DNA of 64,000 nt, from positions 47,976 to 111,975 of the IMG/VR virus record IMGVR_UViG_3300023179_000037. One strand, 5' to 3'. This DNA is from a virus. Positions 28,166 through 38,465 of the stretch are shown one piece after another. The first letter of the stretch is position 1; each line of letters opens with the position of its first letter. The notes beneath the pieces were generated by a model. That model ran no database searches, was not told where the DNA came from, and saw only the letters and a list, made by a program, of their open reading frames with translations. Position numbers and translations under genes: made by a program.

Positions 28166-29296
28166 ATGAGTATATTAAAATTTTCAGGTAATTTATTTGG
28201 CACTGGTTCTGTTACAATAACTTCGCCAAATACCAATGCTACCTATAGTATTACTTTGCCAGCATCTTCCGGTGAATTAGTTTCCACTGGAAATTTTAAT
28301 ACTGGTATAGTTACAGAAGGTACAAATTTATATTTTACAAATGCAAGAGTAATTGCTGCAGTATCTGATGGACTTTCAACTAGTAATATAGCAGAAGGTT
28401 CAAATTTATATTTTACAAATGCTCGTGTTGCTGCTAATGTAGCTTTACTAAGTATAAATGTATTATATGATGTAGATACTACAAATGCTGTAGCCGGAAA
28501 TGCATTGGTATGGAATGGATCTACCTGGGTACCGGGAACGGTTGCAGCTGGATCAGCATCTACAGCATTAACATCCAATTTTGCCACTCTAGCAGCAAAT
28601 GCCAATCTAGTAGTTTCCATTAGTAACTTTACTACAAGTAATCTTGCTGAGGGCAATAATCTATACTATACAAATGCTCGTGTTCGTTCAGCTATAACTG
28701 CTGGTAATACATTATATTATGATCAAACTACGGGTAATGTTACTTTAACCAGATCCGGTGTTACTGTTGGTGTTTATGGTAATTCATCAACTATTGCTGT
28801 AGTAACAGTGGATCAGTTTGGAAGAGTAACAAACGCTCAAAATACTGTTGTTTCAAGTTCTGCTGTTGCAGCATCAGGTAGTGATAGGCAAATTCAATAC
28901 AACAATGCTGGATCTTTTGCTGGCGCTTCATCTTTTACATTTGACGGGTCGAATGTAACTATTGGAAATGCCGGACAACTAAGATTTGCCAATACAAATT
29001 CTACTCGATATGTTTCATTTAGAGCAAACACAGTATTATCCGCTAATGTTACTTGGACATTGCCTGGAACAGATGGTTCTGCTAATAGTGCACTGTTAAC
29101 TGACGGATCTGGAAATTTATCTTTTGGTCGATCAGCTAATTCGCAAGCAGCCGCTGGTTTGTTTGAAAATTCAAATCTAATAGTAACAAGTTATACAATT
29201 AGAGAAGGATACAATGCTATCAGTGCTGGACCAATAGGTGTTGCTCCCGGAGTCACTGTTACTGTTCCTGCTGGAAGTACTTGGTTGGTGTTGTAA
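28166..29296 (+). CDS. Tail fibre segment protein
   Basis: Same repeats; QIQYNNAG.F module; C-terminal SAGPI...W domain. Confidence 0.75.
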   Translation: MSILKFSGNLFGTGSVTITSPNTNATYSITLPASSGELVSTGNFNTGIVTEGTNLYFTNARVIAAVSDGLSTSNIAEGSNLYFTNARVAANVALLSINVLYDVDTTNAVAGNALVWNGSTWVPGTVAAGSASTALTSNFATLAANANLVVSISNFTTSNLAEGNNLYYTNARVRSAITAGNTLYYDQTTGNVTLTRSGVTVGVYGNSSTIAVVTVDQFGRVTNAQNTVVSSSAVAASGSDRQIQYNNAGSFAGASSFTFDGSNVTIGNAGQLRFANTNSTRYVSFRANTVLSANVTWTLPGTDGSANSALLTDGSGNLSFGRSANSQAAAGLFENSNLIVTSYTIREGYNAISAGPIGVAPGVTVTVPAGSTWLVL

Positions 29297-30414
29297 TGAG
29301 TCAATTAGTTTTATTGGGTAATGTTTTAGGAACAGGAGAGATTACATTATCTGCTCCGGAAACAATTAACAATCCAACACTCGTTTTACCCCCAAATTCT
29401 AATACCTTAGTATTAAAATCTTATTTTACTACGGATACTGTTACTGAGGTAGCATCAAATCTTTACTTTACAAATGCAAGAGCGAGATCTGCTTTTGCAT
29501 CAGTAACAAGTTCTAATATTAGTGAAGGTACTAATTTATATTTAACTAATGCTAGAATTGCAGCAAACGTGGCATTATTGAATTTTAAAGATTTTTTCGA
29601 TGTTGATGATACGGGATTAGTTGCCGGCAATGCAATAGTATGGAACGGTTCTCAGTGGTTACCAGGAACAGTATCAGCTGGTGCAGTATCGACAGCAAAT
29701 ACTGTTAATTTTTCCACCTTAGCTGCAAATGCTAATCTTGTAGTTTCTTTAAATAATCTATCTACATCGAATCTGGCAGAAGATACAAATTTATATTATA
29801 CAAATGCAAGAGTAATTTCTGCTATTACTGCAGGAAATACATTAAATTATAGTAATGGAAATATAACACTAACTACTAGTGGTGTTTCGGCCGGTGTTTA
29901 TGGTGGCGGATCTAATATAGCAATATTAACAATTGATCAGTTTGGTAGAATAACATCTGCATCTAATGTATCAGTTACAGCATTATCAATAGCTGCAGCT
30001 GGATCAAATTCACAAATAATGTATAATAATGCAGGAATTTTTGCAGGTTCATCTAATTTTATATACGATGGAATAAATATTCAAGTAGGAAGTAGTGGTG
30101 CTGTTAGATTAGCAAATATTCTTGGTGGATTTGCAGGATTAAAAGCTCCAGCTACGATAACGAGTAATATAAATTTTAGATTGCCTGTATCAAATACTGG
30201 CAATGCAGAATTAATTACAGATGGTTCTGGTAATCTAGATTGGGGAAGATCGATTCAGCAAATGGCTGATTCGGGAATGGTGGAAATGGCAAATTCTATA
30301 AGTTCTGCTTATACAATTCGAAATGGTTACAATGCTTTTAGTGTTGGTAATTTAACAATTCAATCTACAGGAAACGTAACATTACCTGATGGTAGTGTTT
30401 GGGCTATTTACTAA
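29296..30414 (+). CDS. Tail fibre segment protein, paralog of 28166-29296
   Basis: Colinear similarity to the previous gene; start at ATG 29296 (TAATG overlap). Confidence 0.75.
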   Translation: MSQLVLLGNVLGTGEITLSAPETINNPTLVLPPNSNTLVLKSYFTTDTVTEVASNLYFTNARARSAFASVTSSNISEGTNLYLTNARIAANVALLNFKDFFDVDDTGLVAGNAIVWNGSQWLPGTVSAGAVSTANTVNFSTLAANANLVVSLNNLSTSNLAEDTNLYYTNARVISAITAGNTLNYSNGNITLTTSGVSAGVYGGGSNIAILTIDQFGRITSASNVSVTALSIAAAGSNSQIMYNNAGIFAGSSNFIYDGINIQVGSSGAVRLANILGGFAGLKAPATITSNINFRLPVSNTGNAELITDGSGNLDWGRSIQQMADSGMVEMANSISSAYTIRNGYNAFSVGNLTIQSTGNVTLPDGSVWAIY

Positions 30415-31055
30415 TGAGTACAGTTAAACTTCAAGGCAATTCTGCAGGATCTGGTTCAGTGACCGTTGTATCTCCGAATACAAACAACAGTTATAGTCTA
30501 ACTTTACCATCTGCTAGTGGTGAATTAATTACTAAAACCATTACTGGAGGAGTAAGTATATCTGCTGGTAATCTTTCATTTGATTCTGGATACGGCATAG
30601 ATTTCTCCGCAACGGCTGGGACAGGTACGAGTGAGCTGTTTAATGATTATGAGGAAGGGACATTTACCCCCGCATACAACACATCCAATTCAAACATGAC
30701 GGTGACAGACAACGGAACTGGCACTTACACAAAAATTGGAAGAGTTGTACACGTTTATATGAGATTTTTGGTTTCTGCAATTTCTTCTGCCGGAACAGGC
30801 GATCTAAGAATTACTGGGTTGCCATTTACGCAAGCATCTGGATCGCCAGTTGGGGTTGTTTCGGTAATCTATGAATCAAACTTTGCTACCAACACCTTTC
30901 CAACAGCAGGGCGAATAGATCAAGGAAAAACTTATATTGATTTGTATAAACGCTCTGGTTCTGATGCCAGATCAGCTTTGAACGTCCTTAATGTTGCCGC
31001 AGATTTAGCAGCAAACTCAGGATTCGATTGGTATTACGCTTGTTATTACGTTTAA
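30414..31055 (+). CDS. Tail fibre tip-like protein
   Basis: GIDFSA...DYEEGTFTP...YTKIGRVV...GLPF module; start at ATG 30414 (TAATG overlap). Confidence 0.7.
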   Translation: MSTVKLQGNSAGSGSVTVVSPNTNNSYSLTLPSASGELITKTITGGVSISAGNLSFDSGYGIDFSATAGTGTSELFNDYEEGTFTPAYNTSNSNMTVTDNGTGTYTKIGRVVHVYMRFLVSAISSAGTGDLRITGLPFTQASGSPVGVVSVIYESNFATNTFPTAGRIDQGKTYIDLYKRSGSDARSALNVLNVAADLAANSGFDWYYACYYV

Positions 31056-31074
31056 GCAAATAAAGGAACCCAAA

Positions 31075-31317
31075 ATGTCTCTTACCAAACAAACCGTTGT
31101 TGACCAAATAACAGTCACCGAGAACGGCATCGTGCTTTATCGTGAAGCCACTCGCATTATTGAAGATGAAAAGATACTGACACAAACCTATCACCGCTCA
31201 AGCCTGACACCAGGACAAGACCTAACCGGACAGCCTGAGAAGGTCGTAGCCATTGCTCAAGTAGCATGGACACCTGAAGTCATTGCGGCGTATCAAGCTT
31301 CAATGGCAAACAATTAG
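31075..31317 (+). CDS. Small fibre-associated protein
   Basis: VDQITV..NG...YHR..L.PG...WTPEVIAAY; family typically follows DYEEG fibre genes. Confidence 0.6.
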   Translation: MSLTKQTVVDQITVTENGIVLYREATRIIEDEKILTQTYHRSSLTPGQDLTGQPEKVVAIAQVAWTPEVIAAYQASMANN

Positions 31318-31326
31318 GAGTAAAGA

Positions 31327-33573
31327 ATGCCAATAACATTAGATGGTACTGCGGGTATTACGACACCGGCGGTAACTAGTACCGGTACAACGTCTATAGC
31401 TAATGTAAATCTCAGTTCTACGACAACAGCACCAGCAACAGGGATATATCTTCCAAGTTCTGGCACATTAGGATTCTCTACAGGCAGTACTCAAAGAACT
31501 ACTATAAATTCTTCGGGTGTTTTATCCCATTCAGGTAATGTAGCAATAGATACTAATGTATTGTTTGTAGATGGGGTATCTAATAGAGTTGGAATTGGTA
31601 CAACTACTCCTGAGACAGTGTTTTCAATTAGTTCTGGTCAAGCATCTTTTCCAGCGGGATCAGTTTCAGCACCCTCCATCACCACGACAGGTGATACGAA
31701 TACGGGTGTGTTCTTCCCCGCTGCGGATACGGCTGCTATTAGTACGGGTGGTAGCGAGCGGATGCGGGTTGATTCGTCGGGTAATGTTGGGATTGGGACG
31801 AGTTCACCCATATCAAACTTCCATGTGTCATCAACAAGGACTTCGGTATCGTGGGGCACACATTCCACGCCAATGCAACTTGTAGCATCTGTTGTTGTTG
31901 GTGATATTGGAACAGCTGGTGGCAGTTTTGCTGTTCGCACCGGCTCAATTAATAGTAATTTCAGCTCAGGTTTAGGAGTAGACGGATATTATTCTGGTGG
32001 CCCGGACTTCACATCGACAGTTAACCTTAAAGCGTTTGGTCCGCAAACCAACGGATATTTTGGAGACATGGCATTCAGCACAACGTTCAATGATGGCATT
32101 AGAGAGCGTATGCGAATTCGCGGCAACAGTAATAATGACTCTCAAATTTATCTAGGAAACGGCAAAACGCACTCCGGCGTAGTTACAAATGCCATTATAA
32201 ATGGTACAGACGCAGTAACTACTGCTAATACATTTGGGTCCAATATTTCCATAGTTGGAGGAGCTTGTACAGGTTCTGCAGAAGGTGGAATGATAAAATT
32301 TTTTACTGGACTTAATTATGGTAATACCGCTGCCACTACTTGGACTGCTCAAAACGCAGTTTATGAAGTGATGCGAGTACGAAACTTCAGTGTTATAATT
32401 AATGGCGGCGGCCTTAGAAAGAAAGTAGACGAATCTACTGCAATAACTGAGGATGGCAATCGAAAAACATATGCAGCCGGTTTAATGGTGTCACCTCGGG
32501 CTAAAGATTATTTTGATATCGATTTAAATGGAGGTGGATATACTACAGGGGGCGGTCAAGCTAATGGGGGATATGGCTGGACCTATAGTAAACATCCCGG
32601 CTATGGGGCAGATGGTGTACCGCCTGGTATGTTTGCTGATGGTAGTCCCGGTGATCTAAATACAAGCGGAACCAGTGTTGGTTTAGTTTGCAGAGGAGGT
32701 TCGGCCGGTACTTATTCATCTGCTGCCGCAGGTTTGTATTGTGAGGCAGGAAATGCATTTGTACGAGGTGGCCAGGCGCCTGCTTCTGCTGTATTTAGAA
32801 GTTGGGATAATCCGACAATAATAGTTGATAGATTTTCAACTGATGGCACCATAATAGATATACGACAAGGTAACACAACTGAGGGTACTATTTCTGTATC
32901 TGGTACAACAGTTTCTTATAACGCTTTTATGGGATCACACTGGGCAACTCTGTCAGATTGGTCCAGACCAGATATTAAAGTCGGTACTATATTAGAATCT
33001 ATTGGTTCTTTAGTAGAATATAAAGTAGCAGTTTTTGATGTCCCATTGAGAACCCCTATTAGAGATTCGGAAAATGATGAAATTAATGGTGTAGAAAATG
33101 CTCTTGATGAAAATGGTAATCAAATATTTTCTAAAATGAAAATTTGTTATAATGGCAATGAACCAACTGGGTCAATTGTTTCTATAGATTTTCATGATAA
33201 TACATATAGTGCAGTTTTAGAACTTGAAAAAGATAAAGAATTCACCAAGGGCGTTCAAGTAAAAATTAGTGATACTGTAGGATCTAAAGCAGTTTATGGG
33301 GTATTTCATCAATGGAATAATGATAAATTATATGATGGTGGTATATGGAATGATATGCATGTTGCCGGTTTGGGTAACTATGTTATTCGAATGGCGGCAG
33401 ATCAAAATCCACAAATTGGTGATCTAATTGAATCTAACGGCGATGGGTGTGGTAAAGTACAAGATAATGATAACGTAACATCAAAAACAGTAGCAAAAAT
33501 AACTAGTAATCTAAAACAAGTAACTTATGAGGATGGTTCCTTTTTAGTCTCTTGTGTTTTATATTGCGGATAA
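31327..33573 (+). CDS. Tail fibre with C-terminal peptidase-G2-like autoprocessing domain
   Basis: GNVGIGT repeats, ERMR; GSHW...GDLIESNGDG...KTVAK...CVLYCG C-terminus. Confidence 0.7.
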   Translation: MPITLDGTAGITTPAVTSTGTTSIANVNLSSTTTAPATGIYLPSSGTLGFSTGSTQRTTINSSGVLSHSGNVAIDTNVLFVDGVSNRVGIGTTTPETVFSISSGQASFPAGSVSAPSITTTGDTNTGVFFPAADTAAISTGGSERMRVDSSGNVGIGTSSPISNFHVSSTRTSVSWGTHSTPMQLVASVVVGDIGTAGGSFAVRTGSINSNFSSGLGVDGYYSGGPDFTSTVNLKAFGPQTNGYFGDMAFSTTFNDGIRERMRIRGNSNNDSQIYLGNGKTHSGVVTNAIINGTDAVTTANTFGSNISIVGGACTGSAEGGMIKFFTGLNYGNTAATTWTAQNAVYEVMRVRNFSVIINGGGLRKKVDESTAITEDGNRKTYAAGLMVSPRAKDYFDIDLNGGGYTTGGGQANGGYGWTYSKHPGYGADGVPPGMFADGSPGDLNTSGTSVGLVCRGGSAGTYSSAAAGLYCEAGNAFVRGGQAPASAVFRSWDNPTIIVDRFSTDGTIIDIRQGNTTEGTISVSGTTVSYNAFMGSHWATLSDWSRPDIKVGTILESIGSLVEYKVAVFDVPLRTPIRDSENDEINGVENALDENGNQIFSKMKICYNGNEPTGSIVSIDFHDNTYSAVLELEKDKEFTKGVQVKISDTVGSKAVYGVFHQWNNDKLYDGGIWNDMHVAGLGNYVIRMAADQNPQIGDLIESNGDGCGKVQDNDNVTSKTVAKITSNLKQVTYEDGSFLVSCVLYCG

Positions 33574-33581
33574 GGTAAAGA

Positions 33582-35783
33582 ATGAGTACAGTAAAAACAA
33601 ATAATTTACAAATAGGGTTGTCATCGACAGCTTCTCAAAACTTCACGATTTATCAACCTACAGCACCGGATGGGACAGTTAGATTGGGTTTTGGTAATTC
33701 TGGTTCTGTTACTGATCTTATTAGAATAGCAAATACAAGTATTACTGCTTTTGGTGGAGGTGCTGTTTCTACAAATACAGCATTCGGTGACCAAGCATTA
33801 CTAAGTAATACGACTGGTGCAAACAATACGGCTGTTGGTTATCAGGCTTTGGACGTTAATACGAGTGGCGCAAGTAACACCGCATTAGGGTCTGGCGCGT
33901 TGGGAGCCAACACCACCGGACAAGGCAATATCGCGGTTGGGTATCAGGCACTTTATACAAGAACAACAGGTTCAAGCAATATTGCGGTTGGCTGGAACGC
34001 CATGCGAAACGGAGATGGTAACGGTTATGACAATATAGCTATTGGCTCATACGATGTATCAACAAATTGGAACGGACCTTTACTGAGTGTATCCACAGGT
34101 AACTCAAATATTGGTATAGGTGGTGGTGCAATACAAACCTTAACCACTGGCTCAAACAATGTGGCTATAGGAAATAGAGCCGGTCTTCGTATAACAACGG
34201 CTAGTAACAATACTGCAATTGGGTACCAAGCGCTTCAAGAAACTACCACTGGCACAGACAACGTTGCTGTTGGTTATCAGGCTTTGGATGCGAATACGAC
34301 TGGATTTAACAATGCGGCAGTTGGGTCTGGAGCATTAGGAAACAACACTACTGGGTCGGAGAATACAGCATTTGGAACAACGGCTATGCGTGTTGCATCA
34401 ACAGCAAGTTCTTGTGTTTCTGTTGGTCATGGGTCTCTTTATGCCTTAACTACAGGTAATTCAAATACGGCCTTGGGGTATGTATCTCTATATTCTAATA
34501 CTACTGGAATTGAAAATACTGCTGTTGGTCGAAATGCAATAACATACAACGTCACCGGCTCCGCTAACGTAGCTGTTGGTCATAATGCGTTGTATGGTGT
34601 TTCAGGAAATTCACATTCAAACAACACCGCCATAGGCCACTCTGCCCTCTACGCCAATACCACTGGCGCAGGCAACGTCGCTGTTGGTTATCAATCCCTC
34701 TACACCAACAACATCGCCTCCAACAACACTGCTGTTGGTTACCAATCCCTCTACTCCAATACCGCTGGCGCAAACAATGTGGCGGTCGGCGCTCTTTCGG
34801 GTTATGCCGTAGTTTCTACTGGCGGTGGATCTAACGGAGCCGCTAACGTATTGCTCGGTTACAAGGCGGGGTATGGCATCACCACTGGTTTCCGAAATGT
34901 TGCAATCGGTTCTCAAGACCCTGTGTACAGCGATCCGGCTCCAATGATGACAGGCCCAGTTACGGGCTATAGAAATGTCGCTATTGGGCCGCGTACGATG
35001 GTCAATTTAACTTCTGGCTATGACAACGTCGCTATCGGTGATTATGCATTAAATGCCAACAACACAGGTACTGGCAATACTGCAATTGCTTCGTCTGCGC
35101 TCGGCGGAAACACCACTGGCTCAAACAACACCGCTTTAGGATCATCAGCCCTCGCCGCCAGCACCACCGCCTCCTACAACACCGCTATAGGCTACATAGC
35201 CCTCAGCGCCGTCACCACTGGCTTTCAAAATACCGCTGTTGGCTATGGAGCGGGAAATACAATCACGACGGGGATAGTGAACACTTGCATTGGAAACGCT
35301 ACCGCATCGGCTGCATCAGGTAGTTGGCAAATCGTTATTGGCAATCAGAGTGGTTCGCCAATAACAGGCAAAGGTGATAGCACTGGGTTTATCAACCCCA
35401 ACGGCGGCGGCGTCTACCAAGGCAATAACTCTTCATCGTGGTCTACAGCCTCAGATCGCAGACTCAAAAAGAACATCGTTGATAACAACGAAGGCTTAGA
35501 CAAGATCAGCCAGATTCGTGTTCGCAACTTTGAATATCGCTTGCCTGAAGAAGTTGATGGTGGGTTGCAACCGACTGATGCGGTTAATAAAATAGGCGTT
35601 CAACTTGGCGTTATTGCTCAGGAACTTCAAGAAGTCTGTTCTGACTGCGTGAAGGAAGAAACCACGGGCGTGTTATCCGTAGACTCCGACAACGTGTTCT
35701 GGCATATGCTTAACGCCATCAAGCAACTCAATACCCGCTTACAAGCAGCCGAAGCTGAAATCGCAACCCTTAAAGGAGCTTAA
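33582..35783 (+). CDS. Second NTAVG-repeat tail fibre/adhesin with S74 chaperone
   Basis: Paralog of 24754-26700. Confidence 0.85.
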   Translation: MSTVKTNNLQIGLSSTASQNFTIYQPTAPDGTVRLGFGNSGSVTDLIRIANTSITAFGGGAVSTNTAFGDQALLSNTTGANNTAVGYQALDVNTSGASNTALGSGALGANTTGQGNIAVGYQALYTRTTGSSNIAVGWNAMRNGDGNGYDNIAIGSYDVSTNWNGPLLSVSTGNSNIGIGGGAIQTLTTGSNNVAIGNRAGLRITTASNNTAIGYQALQETTTGTDNVAVGYQALDANTTGFNNAAVGSGALGNNTTGSENTAFGTTAMRVASTASSCVSVGHGSLYALTTGNSNTALGYVSLYSNTTGIENTAVGRNAITYNVTGSANVAVGHNALYGVSGNSHSNNTAIGHSALYANTTGAGNVAVGYQSLYTNNIASNNTAVGYQSLYSNTAGANNVAVGALSGYAVVSTGGGSNGAANVLLGYKAGYGITTGFRNVAIGSQDPVYSDPAPMMTGPVTGYRNVAIGPRTMVNLTSGYDNVAIGDYALNANNTGTGNTAIASSALGGNTTGSNNTALGSSALAASTTASYNTAIGYIALSAVTTGFQNTAVGYGAGNTITTGIVNTCIGNATASAASGSWQIVIGNQSGSPITGKGDSTGFINPNGGGVYQGNNSSSWSTASDRRLKKNIVDNNEGLDKISQIRVRNFEYRLPEEVDGGLQPTDAVNKIGVQLGVIAQELQEVCSDCVKEETTGVLSVDSDNVFWHMLNAIKQLNTRLQAAEAEIATLKGA

Positions 35784-35785
35784 AA

Positions 35786-36043
35786 ATGTCTGAAATTATT
35801 CCCACACAGGAAGAACTTGACCGTCACTTCTCAGCAATGGGAGACTCGGTGAGTTTGATTGAAGGTTATGTCGCTGGTGAATACGGCAACCGAGTCATCG
35901 TCAAGAACGCTGAAAATCTAGCAACCGTTGAGCGTAATGTCGGTCACTTGAAACTCATGCGTGATAAGCCTTGGTGGAATGGTTTTGACCTGACCGCTGT
36001 CAACAATGCTATCACCATCGGAGATGAATACATAGCTAATTGA
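35786..36043 (+). CDS. Small fibre-associated protein
   Basis: HFSAMGDSV...RNVGHL...W motif; follows S74 fibre. Confidence 0.55.
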   Translation: MSEIIPTQEELDRHFSAMGDSVSLIEGYVAGEYGNRVIVKNAENLATVERNVGHLKLMRDKPWWNGFDLTAVNNAITIGDEYIAN

Positions 36044-36044
36044 T

Positions 36045-36914
36045 ATGAAACCTATAGGTGGATCTGAAATACTTTATTATAAACTATCTTCGTTATTAGA
36101 TTTAAGTAAAGTAAATTTAATTTTATCAGTTTGTTCCTGGAGAAATATTAGTAACACAAAACCTAATATTCTCTGGCAGCATCTTGATGTAAATCAACAA
36201 GCAGTAGAACAAATGCAAAATGAAGCATTTGTTGATTCTTTAGATGCTATTGTATTTGTATCACACTGGCAATATGAACAGTATAGAAAAAAATATAATA
36301 TACCAGGTAAAAAGTGTTTTGTGATAAAAAATGCTATTGATTCTATAGAAATACATTCAAAACCAAAAGATGTAAAATTAATATATACATCTATGCCTGA
36401 TAGGGGTTTAGAACTACTTATAGATGCATATGAATTATTGAAAAATAAAGTTGAAGTGGAAATATATTCTGGAACAAAGATATATGGGCAGCAATATCAC
36501 GAAGCAACAAAAAATAAATATACTGCACTGTATAAAAGAATTAAAAAATTAAATTTACAACACTTTGATTATGCACCAAATGATAAAGTAATCGATGCGT
36601 TAAAAAGATCACATATTCTTGCATACCCAAGTATATTTCAAGAAACAAGTTGTTTATCAGCAATTCAAGCATTAGCTGCCGGATGTACAGTAGTTACAAC
36701 TAATTTTGGTGCATTACCGGAAACTTGCTGTGATTGGGCAACTTTTGTCCCATTAGATAATAGACAAGATTTTGTTAAAAGATTTGCTAGTACATTAGAT
36801 GAAACTATTCTTGAATATAGATATAATGAAGATCAGGTAAGATATTATAATAAATATTGGACTTGGAATACTCGAATAAAAGAATGGGAGAAGTTATTTG
36901 GAAAGTTATGCTAA
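36045..36914 (+). CDS. Glycosyltransferase (GT-B, GT4-like)
   Basis: GGSE, VFVSHWQ, YTS.PDRGL, AYPS...ETSCLSAIQA..AG. Confidence 0.85.
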   Translation: MKPIGGSEILYYKLSSLLDLSKVNLILSVCSWRNISNTKPNILWQHLDVNQQAVEQMQNEAFVDSLDAIVFVSHWQYEQYRKKYNIPGKKCFVIKNAIDSIEIHSKPKDVKLIYTSMPDRGLELLIDAYELLKNKVEVEIYSGTKIYGQQYHEATKNKYTALYKRIKKLNLQHFDYAPNDKVIDALKRSHILAYPSIFQETSCLSAIQALAAGCTVVTTNFGALPETCCDWATFVPLDNRQDFVKRFASTLDETILEYRYNEDQVRYYNKYWTWNTRIKEWEKLFGKLC

Positions 36915-37515
36915 AAGATTTGGGATTTTAAAATCTCAAGGTGTTGAAATTGAAGAAGTTTTAGATATTGGCGCATACAGAGGTGAATTTACAGATATAG
37001 TTAAAATATTTTGGCCAAACTGTAATGTACAGCAATTCGAAGCAGATGAAAGACAAAAACCTTACATACCAAATGCTAAATTTGTTTTACTTGGTGACAA
37101 AGATAGAAAGGTAGATTTCTATACTTTAAGTGAAAAAAGTAATACCTCTGGTAGTTCTATTTTTTTAGAAAATACGAGTTACTACGATGAGCATTTAATA
37201 ATCAAAAAGAAAATGACTACATTGGATAAAGTAGTCAAAATGCAAGGTAATTGGTCAAAGGGTTTAATTAAAATTGATACTCAGGGTTCTGAATTATTAA
37301 TTTTACAAGGCGCTAAAAAATTATTAGCAAACAAACCTAGATATATAATTTTAGAATGTTCGGTGCAAGAATATAATATCGAAGCACCACTAATTGATGA
37401 AGTAATAAAAACAATGCAAAGTTATAATTATAGAATACATGATATTATGGAAATTGCATATAAAGAAACAGGTGAGTTATTACAAATGGATATATTATTT
37501 GAGGTATTGAAATGA
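36898..37515 (+). CDS. FkbM-family methyltransferase
   Basis: LDIGAYRG, FEAD, TTLD, LIKIDTQGSEL.IL.GA. Confidence 0.9.
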   Translation: MESYAKRFGILKSQGVEIEEVLDIGAYRGEFTDIVKIFWPNCNVQQFEADERQKPYIPNAKFVLLGDKDRKVDFYTLSEKSNTSGSSIFLENTSYYDEHLIIKKKMTTLDKVVKMQGNWSKGLIKIDTQGSELLILQGAKKLLANKPRYIILECSVQEYNIEAPLIDEVIKTMQSYNYRIHDIMEIAYKETGELLQMDILFEVLK

Positions 37516-38207
37516 GAAAAGTATTGATTGGTACTCCCGCACACGATGGTCGATTGGATGTTTGGTATGCTACTTCGGTAATTAATTCTGTTCGACTTGC
37601 ACAGAATAAAGATATTTTTTTGCATCCAGTCTTTATGTCTTATGATGCATTAGTACAAAGAGCAAGAAATGATTTATTTGGATTAGTAATTGACGGCAGT
37701 TATGATGATTTAATCTTTATAGATAGTGATATAGAATTTGATCCTCATTGGTTACTTGAATTATTAGACAGACCAGAAGATGTAGTTGGTGGTACATATA
37801 GAAAAAAGACTGATGATGAAGAATTGTATGTAGTAAAGACAAAAAATCTTAAAATGGAAAAAAATGGTTTAGTGAAAGTTGAGGGTTTAGGTATGGGTTT
37901 TGTAAAATTTTCTCACAAAGCGTGCAAAGCATTGTGGGATAATTCAACAGAATATAAAAATGAAGGTAAAGTGAGAAGAATGATTTGTGACATTGCGATA
38001 GTTAACGGAGAATTACATTCCGAGGATACCAACGTTTTTAATAAACTGGTAGATTTAAATTTTGACATTTGGTTAGACCCCAAAATGACCTGTGTACACA
38101 TGGGACCTAAGAAATTTTATGGAAATTTTTTAGATTTCAGAAAAAGAATTGTAGATAAAGTTTCGGACAAGAGCAATATCTATAAAGTGGGAAAAAGACG
38201 TAAATAA
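37512..38207 (+). CDS. Glycosyltransferase (GT-A fold)
   Basis: IGTP, RARN, FIDSD (DxD), GMGF, SED, H.G. Confidence 0.8.
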   Translation: MRKVLIGTPAHDGRLDVWYATSVINSVRLAQNKDIFLHPVFMSYDALVQRARNDLFGLVIDGSYDDLIFIDSDIEFDPHWLLELLDRPEDVVGGTYRKKTDDEELYVVKTKNLKMEKNGLVKVEGLGMGFVKFSHKACKALWDNSTEYKNEGKVRRMICDIAIVNGELHSEDTNVFNKLVDLNFDIWLDPKMTCVHMGPKKFYGNFLDFRKRIVDKVSDKSNIYKVGKRRK

Positions 38208-38210
38208 ATA
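38203..38210 (+). promoter_or_regulatory. T4-type late promoter (AATAAATA)
   Basis: Overlaps stop of GT-A gene, upstream of AAGGA RBS. Confidence 0.5.
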
Positions 38211-38231
38211 ATTTTTTATAAGGAAATAATT

Positions 38232-38465
38232 ATGCAACCAATTAAATTAATGTTAACCGTTGAAGAAATCAATAGAATCTTTAATGCTATGGGACAAGTG
38301 CCTTATGCAAGTATTGCTGATCTTTTTGATAAAATTAGATCACAGGCATCTCCACAAATTGCAGCAATGCAGGCATTGGAAGAAGCTGAAGTAAAACAGG
38401 AACAATCTGCTGCGCCTAATGTTGCGCCAAAAAATGGTAAGTCTAAAAAGGAAACCGTGCAGTAA
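38232..38465 (+). CDS. Small hypothetical protein
   Basis: RBS AAGGA; LTVEE.N....L...PY pattern. Confidence 0.6.
   Translation: MQPIKLMLTVEEINRIFNAMGQVPYASIADLFDKIRSQASPQIAAMQALEEAEVKQEQSAAPNVAPKNGKSKKETVQ

Noticed and set aside
12833-34916. Many minus-strand and alternative-frame ORFs over the fibre genes
   Set aside because: Shadows of biased codon use in long + strand genes; no RBS or recognisable motifs
24754-35783. Diversity-generating retroelement (template/variable repeat) suggested by duplicated fibre 3' ends
   Set aside because: No reverse transcriptase in the window, both copies are coding chaperone domains, and differences are not adenine-specific
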